A stretch of 63,479 nt of DNA, counting the filler, from Choristocarpus tenellus KU-1152 (Eukaryota; Protista; Phaeophyceae): assembly GCA_964200185.2 (NCBI GenBank). It is 10 parts of 10 records of this genome, joined end to end, with 100 filler letters (N's around TTAATTAATTAA, not from the genome) between each part and the next. Parts side by side here need not be neighbours in the genome. Positions count along the whole stretch, not along the records: positions 10,838 to 18,764 come from CAXNAD020005385.1; positions 18,865 to 28,273 come from CAXNAD020003698.1; 8 more parts are not named here. One strand, written 5' to 3'. Every line of letters begins with the position of its first letter. Position 1 is the stretch's first letter. Below, piece by piece: positions 14,301-26,300 of the stretch. The notes beneath the pieces were generated by a model that was not told the DNA's origin, searched no databases, and saw only the letters and a program-made list of their open reading frames with translations. The translations under genes and the position numbers were made by a program.

Positions 14301-16813
14301 AGTCGATCATCTTCTGCAGTTAGTTGTAGAATGTGCAAGTTGATTTCAGTGGGTGAGAAGCAGCCTCCAGAATTTGGAAAGTGGATGCATTAATCATTTG
14401 TTCACCTCATGTGTGAGCAGGGGAGGCCTCTGCCTTTAGTTAAATTGTTACTATGGAAAGGGGAGGATGCAATCGGGAGGCAAGCATGAAGTGGTACCCG
14501 CTAAGGTCACTATCAACACCGTGGAAGTATGACTTGATCAGGGCGAGAAGAAATGAGATTCCTGGAAGGTTGATGTAAGAGTGGACTAGCTCAAGCTACA
14601 TCTTTCATCCCCTTTCCTGAGTTTCTGATATGAAAAAAATCCTGGTGTGTTGCTTTGCGTTCTGGTAGTCTCATGTCCTGTCAAGAGTTGGGTGTATGTA
14701 GCAAAACATTTTAGTACAAAATAGTTACAATTATGAATGTTTATTTAGAAGCACATTTATATATATATGAAACACGGTGACCGTGTCGAAGCTTTTGTGA
14801 ATGCGAATTTGTATGCTCTTGCGTGGATTTTGCAATAGAGCCGGTGATAATGTGCTTGTTTGCGCTCGTTCGGACACATCCTAGTTGAACAATATATTTG
14901 TCGGGGGGAGGAGGGTCCAATGCGAATTTTTGTTTGTGCCTTTGCTTTTGCAGGTGTAATGCACTCTTGTGTGTATCATGCCTATGGTAATGGTCCTGGT
15001 TTGTGAAGGAAGTGCCAGTTGATTGGGGTGCATAGATTTGAGGCATGGTTAACCTCGTCGTGAAGCTTTGATTCTGTGCTAGGATCACTCTGATATCCAT
15101 CTGTGTGTAGTTTGTGTTGCCCTATGCTCATCGCCGTACTGGTTCATCTCGTCCTGCTTATCCATGCTCAAAACCATCTTCCTCTGTTCTCTTATACCCC
15201 CTGATGAGGGCTCGCTAATCTTGCCTGGTTCACTCTTAGTATTCGCCAGCCCTCTTCAATACATGATGTTAAATCTGTGTGAATGAATAGGATGGTGTTG
15301 TTTGCAGCAATGGCGTGTTGTTGTCCATATAGTGTGACCTTGATTAGGTGTTTTCACCCATCTCCAACTGTGGAACCGGGATTATGATTTTTGTTGTTAT
15401 GGAGGAAGTCAAGGTCAAGCTTGGTGTTTATTGTTATTATTATTTTGATAATAGACTGCCACTAGTGATTCTTGCAAAATGTGACATTTTTGAGGACGGG
15501 CATTCTCAAAATTGAAGATGCTGGGAGGATTAGTGCAGCTGCCTCAGCTTCTGTCATTGCTACCTTACTGTGATAAATGGGGGACTTTTTTTTGTTCTGA
15601 AAGTTTTAAATTTTTGAAAAAATATCACCAATAGAAACTGTCTGTCATGTGCATTTTGAGGCCGTCGCTGATTTCTTTGTCATTGTTTCTGCATTGAATT
15701 GATGCAGTGCCTACCTACTATGGCATGTGCAGTACTGTTGACCTTCTCATTTATTTTTTTTGGGATAGTGCACCGAAGTGGTTTGAAATTTGCAACTGTC
15801 TTTCCCTTTACTAGAAGAGGATAATTTACACTTGATAATGCTTTTCTCGGTGGTTAATATGGTATTGATAGTTAACCTTAATATGGTATTGATAGTTAAC
15901 CTTAATATGGTATTGATAGTTAACCTTAATATGGTATTGATAGTTAACCTTAATATGGTATTGATAGTTAACCTTAATATGTTATTGATAGTTAACCTTA
16001 ACATGGTATTGATAGTTAACCTTAAGGAAAAGGTTTTGGCAGATGGCTGTTGAGAGTGTGGGGAAATCAGTGTGGTTGGCACTATGGAAAAGGTGCTGGT
16101 CGGCAGTGCAATATGGTAGTTTGATTTGATTTGATTTGATTGATTTTCACATGTTGGTTTGATGCATGGCACAAACGTGCTTGAATATTTTTGTAGATGT
16201 TGTCATTGGTCACAATGACCACAGCATGTACCTGTGGTCAAAGGCAGAGTACAAAGTGAGATAATTTTTTTTTTAGCAAGAATGGGTATTTGGTGAAAAG
16301 TTTAGATACAGAAATGCAAAAATAAAAAAATGACCGAAGATGACCAGAAATGCAGTGATGAGAAGAAAAGTCATCAGAGAAAGAAAAAAATGAAAGACTC
16401 AGTGTTTCCTATCCATCCAAGGCGTGTATCTGCTCTTACTACTGCCAGTGTCGACTGTGTGTTGGACCTGCTCTTTGGTTGTGTTGTCTTGTGTTGTATT
16501 GTATTGTATTGTATTGTATTGTATTGTATTGCATTGTATTGTATTGCATTGTATTGTATTGCATTGTATTGTATTGTATTGCATTGTATTGTATTGTATT
16601 GCATTGTATTGTATTGTATTGTATTGTGCTTGTACGGTGGTACTTTTCATTCCATTTTTTTTTTTTGGTGACTTTGTTTTTAACTTTTGAATTTCTGTTT
16701 GTGTTGGAGTGAAGGTGTTCCCCCTACCCATTGAGGGAGCGGAGACAAGGGTCCTTGCTGATGACCAGGAGGTTACCAATTACATGATTGACTTGGGAGA
16801 GGCTCTGGAAAAG
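11349..16813 (+). CDS. CSN5: COP9 signalosome subunit 5 (JAB1/MPN deneddylase), first four exons; remainder off contig
   Basis: Phase-consistent exons 11349-11473, 12302-12353, 13789-13911, 16715-16813 give KPWMQDPKYFKKVKVSPSAAMKMLMHANSG..VEIMGLMLG..IVTDVFPLPIEGAETRV, the diagnostic CSN5 N-terminus. Confidence 0.95.
15854..16025. repeat. 24-bp minisatellite x7 (TTAATATGGTATTGATAGTTAACC) in CSN5 intron 3
   Basis: Seven near-perfect tandem units plus a terminal TTAA. Confidence 0.95.
16494..16627. repeat. (TTGTA/TTGCA)n pentanucleotide microsatellite
   Basis: Direct inspection; it is the source of the spurious VLYCI and QYNTI ORFs. Confidence 0.95.
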
Positions 16814-17011
16814 GTGGGTTTATTATAGAAGTGCTGCGTTGTCACGAGGGTTGTTTTTTATTGCTCATTGCTGTTAGAGCAAGTGCTTGTAAACAATGTT
16901 TTGGTACTACTCAGATGTGTAGATATAGTGGCAGAGATAGAGTGCTTGCTGTATAGTCAATGGAAGTCTTTTCTCATCTCGATCTTACTGCATCAATATA
17001 TATCTTGAAAA

Positions 17012-17627
17012 AGTATTGTAATCCATTATACTGTTGTGGAAATAATGTAATTCATGATACTATTGTACAAGTGCTGTAATTCATTATACTGTTGTAAAAG
17101 TAATGTAATTCATTATACTATTATACTAGTATTGTAATTCATTATACTATTGTACAAGTATTCATTATACTATTGTAATGGTATTGTAATTCATTATACT
17201 ATTATACTAGTATTATAATTCATTATACTATTGTAAAAGTATTGTAATTCATTATACTATTATACTAGTATTGTAATTCATTATACTATTGTAAAAGTAT
17301 TGTGATTCATTATACTATTATACTAGTACTGTAATTCATTATACTATTGTAAAAGTATTGTAATTCATTATACTATTATACTAGTATTGTAATTCATTAT
17401 ACTATTGTAAAAGTAATGTAGTTCATTATACTATTATACTAGTATTGTAATTCATTATACTATTGTAAAAGTATTGTAATTCATTATACTATTATACTAG
17501 TATTGTAATTCATTATACTATTGTAAAAGTATTGTAATTCATTATACTATTATACTAGTATTGTAATTCATTATACTATTATACTAGTACTGTAATTCAT
17601 TATACTATTGTAAAAGTAATGTAATTC
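17012..17627. repeat. 29-bp AT-rich minisatellite, ~21 units, with alternating variants
   Basis: Core AGTATTGTAATTCATTATACTATT followed by GTAAA or ATACT. Confidence 0.95.
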
Positions 17628-18864
17628 CATGCATATGTTTCGTTTTATTGTGGTTCCTTATAGAGGAAAGGCATTTTGCATGTACTTTGAATTATTTTCC
17701 AGTGTTGTAACTGATGTTGGTTGGTGCCCTTTTTGCTTTCTATTTTTGTGTTGAATGTAAGGGTATATACAATCGAAGCCAAGATTTGTGTTTGGTTTCC
17801 AACAAGGAACATTCTAGAATATATATATGTATGGATAATGAAATTACTACTGTAAGGAACATTAGTTGTTCTTGTACCATCCGGCATATGTCAGTCACCG
17901 TAACGTGTGTATCACAACCAAATGTGTTGATCCTGATGAGATGATCAAGTCATATTTAGGATAGATAAGAGGAAACGAGAATCTCGAAAATGTTTGTGTT
18001 TGTGTGGGATTGATTTGTGCCTGTCTCACAAAAAAGCCGGAATTTTTGTGAAGGTTTTATGTCGATAGTAAGAAACCAAGTGTGAATTGGCAGGAGCAGG
18101 TTCTTTGAATGGGGACAATGCCTATGTGGAGTGCTTTTTGCAAACCAGTAAAGTGGGAGAGAATGGAAAGGGCGCTTGGAGTTGTATAGTATCGGCGCCT
18201 GTGTGCTTGGGCAAGGTTGCATGCAATGTTGAGGATACCTTGCTTGCTCTATGAGTTCTGAAATCGAGTAGCCAAGGCCACGAGGACTGATGTCTGTTTC
18301 GTGCAAGGTAATATTGTCCCTGCAGAGGTTATGGAGTGTGTGCTTTGAAGAGGAGGAATCGCAGTTTATCTGTTATGTCGTAATGTCCTGGTGCTGCTTC
18401 AAGATGGAGAGCATCTTGCATTTTTCTGAGGATGCTGTCGTGTAGACTGTTTTGTGCTTTGACAGTTGTCCCAAACAAGGTTGAGGGGGTGGAATAGGAT
18501 CGTCGTGATGGCTGCCCATTTCAGTGCCAAAACATATCTTTCCTGCACTCATTCCCCTCCCAAATATAGTGTCTGTATGGCGTCTACTATTGTAGGGTTG
18601 TTGCTGTAGTTCTCCCTCTTGATATCCTTTTGTTATCTAGGAGTATCTTCTGTGTACTTTGTGGTACTTTGTGATACTTTATGGTACTTTGTGGTTCCCC
18701 CCCCCCCCTCCCCCCCCTATTTGTGTTTTTGACTTTCCTCCCTGTCCCCCTTGTGTCATTCCCGNNNNNNNNNNNNNNNNNNNNNNNNNNNNNNNNNNNN
18801 NNNNNNNNTTAATTAATTAANNNNNNNNNNNNNNNNNNNNNNNNNNNNNNNNNNNNNNNNNNNN

Positions 18865-18920
18865 CGGATGCCCCCTCACACCCCCCCCCCCACACACACA
18901 CACCCACAGATACTTTGACC
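18865..18920. mobile_element. MITE family A, end fragment at contig edge
   Basis: C-rich run followed by CAGATACTTTGACCC. Confidence 0.55.
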
Positions 18921-19442
18921 CAAATCCTTCGCAAATCTGTGTTAAATAAATCAGTTTCTATATGGATTATACTGCTATCTATTTTTAGTTTGCCTTGTGA
19001 CAGTAGTAGTTCCTCCCCTCTTTCTCTTACGCTACTGCGATGAAAATTTGAACGATTATTTTTCTTTATTTTTTGAGTTCCAACTCCCTGGTTCTTCGAT
19101 CAGCAAGCACAGGAGTAGTGGATTTTTTGAGGATAATTCTTTACACATAGTTATCATCTTTCATGTGTTCCAGAACAAGTGGTTGATTGGTATCCAATAG
19201 TAGCTTAATTTCTTATTACTACAGAGTGGTTATATTGGTCGCTCTATACTTGAAAATTCTGGTAAGGATAGTGTACTTCCTACAATAACAGGGTAGTTCC
19301 AAAATAAAAAATACTACAAAAAAAGGAGGTGCCTATCTTTTGAGAGGGGTGCCGTTGGGAATTTGATGCCCCTGTGACTGCCTTCTGGTACATATACCTA
19401 CTGTGATGTGGTTCTGGAGGGCAATTTGCACTAAGCATAAAC

Positions 19443-19623
19443 GGATCAAACTATCTGGGGGGTCTACACCAGGGTGTCCATTCGGGCACGTCAAGGAGAA
19501 GTGCACTTACATTATCCATTCGATGCATGCAACCAAATTCATCACCCAAAAATCGCGACATGGAAAAATAGGCCCCGAATGGACAGCCGCCACCCCCCCC
19601 CCCCCCCCCAGATACTTTGAGCC
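19443..19623 (-). mobile_element. MITE family A, full copy
   Basis: GGATCAAACTATCT..AGATACTTTGAGCC; internal sequence is the reverse complement of the 4-182 copy. Confidence 0.85.
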
Positions 19624-21473
19624 CAACACTTGCTAACTTGTGCAACCTTCAATCAGCATAACATGACCCTCTTGATGCGAAGACAACTTCCCCTTCGATC
19701 CCCCTGCTTGTTGTGTTTGTGCTTGTTTGAGAAGGTGTTATTGTGGGACGTCTTTCTATGGTATGCTCTTTGATAGATACTCCTTCCTTAGGCTTGACGA
19801 GAGGGATCGCCAGAGCAGTGTAGTGAGAACGCAGAAGAGGAGAGTGGACATGGATGTTGTTGGAACATACAAGAAGAGTCGAGGTAAAAGAGCCGATGGT
19901 ATACCCATTTCCGATGAGGAAGCCTTCTTTTTCAGATATAATCCAACCTCCAACGAAATATAAGCTAGCTAAGAAAGTGGCAGTGCAAAGGTTCAACTAT
20001 GTCATTATAAACCATCACATATAAGTTTATTCACACCAAACCTGCCCCAGCAGTGCGAGGAGGGTCTCATGCTACTACCACAATACAACCAGGGTGTTCC
20101 CACCCAGAGTCATCTCATCTTAGATGGAGATCCATTTGGACCCTTTTTGAGCACCTAACACGATTAAAGCCTGCCCTGCATCCCACTCCCATGTTGGAAT
20201 GGACCTACCCCTCCTTCGGAGGCCATGGCTGTACGAGAGGAGAAAATGTTTGCCCACAATACGTAAAATCGCCCTTCAGAGTGCTAGAAGCACATGCACC
20301 AGAAGTCAGTCAATGCTGCTGCCTTCAGCACTCGTACAATGATGCATGGATTTTTGGTCTCAACACGTGTGGAAGCTTCCCAAATATGTTGTTTGCACCA
20401 TGATGCCGACAGTGCGCTTGCACACACCTGTCACTCTATGCCAGAGCTTTATTTCAAGCGACAAAGCAAAACGTCGACACAACATAGCCCAAGAGCAGTG
20501 TAAAGCTAGGAGCTCGCCCCTCAACTCTCGCACATGATTCTCAATGAGTCCAGCACCAAAACACATATCTATTTGATTCAACCCTTGGAGCACACTGAAC
20601 GCATGTAAGGGGTTGCAGACATACACATAATCAAAATATCTAGTTTGGGGCATCATCGGCGATCAACCCCCTATGTGATAGGGGAAGGCTTTCCTTTGGT
20701 GAGTCTAAACCAACATTTCTCGGCATAATGTAACCCCTAACCCTAACCCTAACCCTTGAACCAACAATAAGTGGTCCTGCACCTGACTTATATTTCAAGT
20801 CACATCTAATAATGCTGGACCAACAATTGGTATGAACGGAACCTGATTTTTTTTAACCAATCCGCATTGATACGCAGTTGATGTATCTCATCGTCATACC
20901 CCACCAAGTATCTCGTTGTGATACCCCACCAATTTTGATATTATCTGACTCTGGTATAAGAGCAGAGGATTGAAGCGACATGTTTGAAGTAGAGGAACTT
21001 GTGTTTTATATTTCTTTTTTGTTTTCCCTACTTCAATTGTAGATAAAAAAAATTAGAAATACCTCTACAACAAGTCACTCCCATTTGTGAGCTGCCATTT
21101 CTATATGTTCAAAATTCCGAAATGAGCCAAATCAATTGAGGGGTAGGCAAATTTGAACCCTTCTGTGTTCTAAGTCATCTTTCTTATCTTGTGCGGTACA
21201 ATATATTTCATTGCAATATTATGCGCAATAGTACATGCAAAATTGATATTCCCTCTTTCCACACACCATAAGGTGACACCACAATTCAGCAAAGGATCTT
21301 TCTGGAGTTGTACAAAAAATCATCCTTTCACCCTTTCTTGGGTGCAACTCTTTGCCTCTTCGTTGGTTTGACTCAATTTGAAAAATATTCAGAATTCGAA
21401 ACTTCAACCCCACAATATCTGTCTACTCTTAACAGAAATTATATATTGTAACGTTGATGAAAGGGGTATGAAA

Positions 21474-21555
21474 AACGACGTTGTAGAGTGGTCAAATGCG
21501 CCGGTTTCAAGCACCGGTCCCTCAGGGTTCGCGAGTTCAAACCTCGCCGTCGTTA
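21474..21555 (+). tRNA. tRNA-Leu(CAA), intronless, eukaryotic type
   Basis: Acceptor stem AACGACG/CGTCGTT plus discriminator A; D-arm GTA-GAGTGGTCAAA-TGC; anticodon stem CCGGT/ACCGG with loop TT-CAA-GC; long variable arm CCC-TCA-GGG; T-arm GCGAG-TTCAAAC-CTCGC. G37, no encoded CCA. Confidence 0.9.
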
Positions 21556-22634
21556 ATTTATGGTCCCCAGATTGCAGTTTAGGAGTATCCTTGCATCGTA
21601 CTCGAAGGCTCGAACTTCACAAACGTTGGAAATGTTTTTTGTCCTACGTATCATTCAATACAAGTTTTTGGTGAGTAGGCGTAATAATCTGTCTAGGACA
21701 GGTCTCTAAGATATCATTTTAGCGAGTGTGTCAAATTGTCGCACAATTTTTATAACTAGTGAAGAAAGATAATTTTACTTCTCCCTAAAATCGCAAGAAG
21801 GATATTATTGGTTAGAACTCTGTAAAATGAAGTTAGTTGCCTAAGTAATCGTGGATGATGTCATATTCTTTACGTAGGTGTCAATATATCGTAATAGGTC
21901 ATTTTCGTATATCAGATTGTAGCCAACACAACAGTAAAGAAGCCCTTTTCCGATTTGATGCATGCTAGAGTTGTGGTTGTATTCCTGGAATCAAAATGTC
22001 CAATAGGACTCACTCTTCTTCACAAGGAACTCGTTCATGACCACACCCCACTTTGACTTCGCCATGTGGGAGGGTATCATTTTGACGAGTGTGCAAGTCG
22101 TCACTAATTTTTATTCTGAATGGCACAGTTGTCGTAGAAATTTATCAAACACAATCGTCACAAGACTTAGTTCGTGGAAATTAGTTTTGATCATCAAATA
22201 GTTCACATGGGAAGAACTACACTTCATACACCTGTTGTGAACTGTACACCTGTCGTGATACACCACAAAAAAATGCTAGACCAAGAAGAGGGAGCAAAGA
22301 GCTTCACTGCCGATCGACTCTGAGCTTTTCTGTCACTGCCAAGTATTTTTACTGTATGGACTGTTCACGATCAACAGATGACGGAAATATTGGTAAAATT
22401 TGACATTGTCATACCGAGCGGGTTATACCAAGGAAGATCGTCTTGCATTCGTACAGATTATGCAAAGAAGGATTCCGATTGTGTGCATAAGGTAGGCCCC
22501 ACCTGGATGGTCAGGACCAGTCATCGATATATATCTGAGAACATACACATACCTTAAAGAAATTGTCTGGAGTCATCTAAGGTCAGTGATTCAGTCCATA
22601 ATTAGTGTAACAACTATTTTGTATGTCAATAGCT

Positions 22635-22924
22635 CTACATGCTTTTAAAATTAATAGGTCCTCCATACCAATCTGGATCTGAAACATCATTAGGTGTTGG
22701 TATAATTTGCTCATTATGACAGTTAATTGTATATATACGATTTAATCGCTTTGTTTTATTCACTCTCGGTGGCCTTCCTTTAGTGAAGACTAAAACCATA
22801 CCATTACTAGCCCACGAGGGACTCTCTTCAATATATCCCTTAGAATTCAGTCTCTCGGTGTTTTGCTGATTTATGGCTCCTGGTTTCATTAAGCCTATAG
22901 TCAACCATAATCACGACTAATTTT
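22635..22924 (-). pseudogene. tolB: Fragment of bacterial tolB (C-terminal beta-propeller end), Rickettsiaceae-like
   Basis: KISRDYG/(frameshift)TIGLMKPG..NTERLNSKGYIEESPSWASNGMVLVFTKG..NRIYTINCHNEQIIPTPNDVSDPDW. This shows the PD40-type P.WS.NG motif and the terminal SDP.W. AT-rich and intronless. Confidence 0.8.
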
Positions 22925-23371
22925 ACTTGCATATATCCCATATCGCAAAAAGCAATATCTTGTATATTTGTGGCTAGTTTCCAAATATCTTCATAATTAG
23001 AAATATCCATTGTAGATATAAAATGTAGTTGTTTACGTTTATTCTTAATAGATGATTTCTACTAAAGAATTAGTAGCAATAACATAATTTCTGAGTGTTA
23101 GTAATTTTGCAAGTGATGAACGTGTGCACCGCAGTGATAAATAGCATCTATATTGTGTACTAGCTTATTTAACGTATCAACTGAAAGTCCCAAGTTTTTC
23201 GAGTTTATATCTCTTTGCAATGGAATAATTCTACTACTATCAACACGTTGTGGAAAACCACCATTAATTAGTGAGTTATATAATTTTTCCTTTAAAAAAT
23301 GATTTTTTCTTACCCTAACTTTAGCAATAAATATTGGCATCAGTATGATTTAACAGGTCAGTCAACAAATA
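22922..23371 (-). pseudogene. Fragment of bacterial NRPS-type thioester reductase (extended SDR, NAD_binding_4) domain with stops and frameshifts
   Basis: Across frames: YLLTDLLNHTDANIYC / VR..RIIPLQRDINSKNLGLS..IDAIYHCGAHVHHLQNY* / TLRNYVIAT / KQLHFIST..GYMQVK (the GYxxxK catalytic motif). Confidence 0.75.
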
Positions 23372-26300
23372 TTATCTGACTGCCTCCCTTGGCACCACAA
23401 TCTTCTGCCTAATTCTTGAGCAGTGATGCTGCTTTACTATCCCATCAAGACGAGTTAACTTGGGTTGAAACATAGAGATAGGTCCTAATGAGAAACGAGG
23501 ACACACTGAGTGCTCTTGTCAAGTCCAACTCTACTAAGGATAAGGTTCGGTTCATACTGGGTAGCATAGCAGATGCGAGGGCGTTGTTCACCAGCATCTC
23601 TTTAACTAAAAAAATGCGCCAGTCCCAGTAGAAGCTTCAAGCACTCTTCTATGCTAGACGACGCAGAGCAGCAATATCTACCTTCGAAGTACCCTAAAGT
23701 GTCCTTAGACAAGTACGTGAATGCACTGCAAAACAAGACAAGGAGTGCACATGTTCTTATGCTACCTGTCAAGTTCTTAGAACCCTGGGAGGTGTTGGAA
23801 ATGGATCTGCAAGATGTAGGAGACACATCAGCACGAGGTAATGAGTGCTGTCTCTGAGTGTTGTCATATGATAGAGCGCCTAACAGATTTCCCTTCGCTT
23901 TTACAATGGTGTTAAAGGGTATGTGGTGCAGGAGGGGGATTATATCTTCTTGGCTGAAGGTACAGGTCAACCATGGACCTGCCAGTAATCCCAGGGATAA
24001 AGGAGGCGTAAAGACGATAGGGGGGTTGATCTTGGAAGCACTGTCAGAATTACAGAAACCATGGCCACAAATATGAGGCAAGTATGTATTTCCACCTGAC
24101 GCATTTACCCTAATGCCCTTCTTTCGAAATTGGTTGGGTGCAACCTATGTGCACATCTCGATACTGGTACCCTCAAGATGAACGATATTGATGGGGGGGG
24201 GCTGGATTATTTGATCCAGTGACATTATCAACTTTTCAAGGAAGTACAAGAGGCTCTGGAAGGTGGAAGACCAGTTAGAAGGAAAATGCTGCTATTGCTA
24301 GGGTTTCTCCCAGGTTCAAGCCCAAACTAAGTTGATAAAAGAATCGGACAACTCCATGCATGGTGTAAGGGTTGGCTGGAAAAGGGTTGGTAGTAGTTGG
24401 TTCATGAGAGTTAAACGTTTCCTCTTATGATACAAGGAGTTAGACCAGGAAGTAGTAGTCTGAAGGGAGGAACTAATTTCTCGCTGAGACTCATTTCTTC
24501 GTCAAGAACGTGGTTGACACACCATTCAATCTTGATATTAGGATTATTAACACAATCTATTAATTTAATTTACAAAATCAACAAAATTTATCATTACTAT
24601 TTCAAATGAAGACAGATGACTTTACCATAAACAAAAATGATCGAGGGGAGGTACAGAAGAAATTAAAGTACCTCCATTGATATATAATATTTTATTAAAT
24701 GTCTGATAGTATCATAATCTATTTCCCCACACATTCCTACAAGTCATGTAATTACCAACCCGTGTGTAACACGCCACAATAAATTGTTCGACACCTCGGA
24801 AAGGAGATTTAGGATGTTGCTCTTTCACTCTTTGACCATCCTCAGGGAATTTTCCGCCCCATTTTTTCTTCTGGCTCTGATCAATCCATTTTCCCTCAGT
24901 GTTAGTTGCGGTTTTCGTGGTTACAATACCGTGTTGGCTTCACTCTTGTAGCTTCACTCCTCTCCTTTTCTCGGTACCATCTTAACTATAGTTGATATCC
25001 CCTGCTTACATAGAGGTGAAAAAAATATTTGAATGTCGGACTTCTGGACTGCCATTTCCTATTTCCCGACCTTGACTTGCCCCCTTTACAACAAACTGTG
25101 GCTGATCGCCGAATTCAACGCCCTAACATCAATAACAAGTACGAGAATGAAGACCCACCAACTACCTCACCCAATCACATGAGAATGCAATATACCCTCA
25201 CCCAATCACATTGCCTAACCTCAACTTCAACCTGATATCTCAAAACTCCAACGGCAGGAAAGTTACTTCACATACATAAAATATGTTGGTACGTAGAACT
25301 TGATATCCTCTGATTCAAAACTGTAACACTGATATCTCAACTTCAACCTTCAACTCCTCCATCCTACTCTCTCGAATGGTTTTGTGTTGGTGTACGATTT
25401 TGTGACCCCTATGGAGATGACGCACCCAATTTCTTACAGAATGTGGGCCAACCATTTCTATTTGTTTCACTCCAAATAGAGTTTTGAACCTGTGCCGATC
25501 AATATCGTCCACATCGGACTAACAGCAACGAACTGATAACCTAATATTTTAACACCGATTGTTCGGTTATTCTCCGAGTCATCAGTGCGAGTGCACGCTT
25601 CTTATAGTTCCTGTTTGCCAAGCACGTACAGATGTGCAATGTTAGTCTCAAATTCTTTCACCTCTGGGGGTCCTCACCACTCGGGAGATCAATTTTTCAT
25701 GGCGACACCTCTCGCTGCCCATGCGCTACACACTATGAACCACACGATTGATCCTGATTAACTAGTGACATCTGAACCGATTACAATTGTAAATTCCAAA
25801 TCCTCTTGGTTCACAGCTCGACATAAATATTTTGTTAGGAATCATGGCCATTCGTTTGATCGGATTAAATCACAGTTTGATCAAAAACGAAAAACTTACA
25901 GCTGTTTTATCGATTTTTTCCCTTCTATATTGTACTGTTCGGAGGAGTTAAGGACAAACACAGGCACACAAACAACATAAGCACCACAAACCCCTCTAGC
26001 AATGCAAATAAGCCATGAATGTGTCCAGGTACTCCGAAAAAGGTGAAGATGGGTTCCTATATATATGTGTTGAAACATGGGATTGAATGAATTGTGCTCT
26101 TGTACAGTGGCAGGTTAGTTGCTGTGAAGGGGTGTCATAGAGCAATAATGAAGTGCTGGTGAATTAATGATGAACATAGTGACATGATGTGCATAGCCAG
26201 AGGTTATTTGGTAAGATGTTGTGGGTATTCCTTGAGACGGTCAAAGGAAGAAGTACATGCTCTGAGTAAAGGTGTTACAGGCGCCCCTCGATGCTCACCT

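Noticed and set aside
15747-16779. Repetitive ORFs (LRLTINTI, VLYCI, QYNTI)
   Set aside because: They are translations of mini- and microsatellites inside a CSN5 intron.
17012-17627. CRISPR-like array (constant repeat plus variable part)
   Set aside because: The variable part is 5 bp with essentially two states. There are no unique spacers and no cas genes, and the context is eukaryotic.
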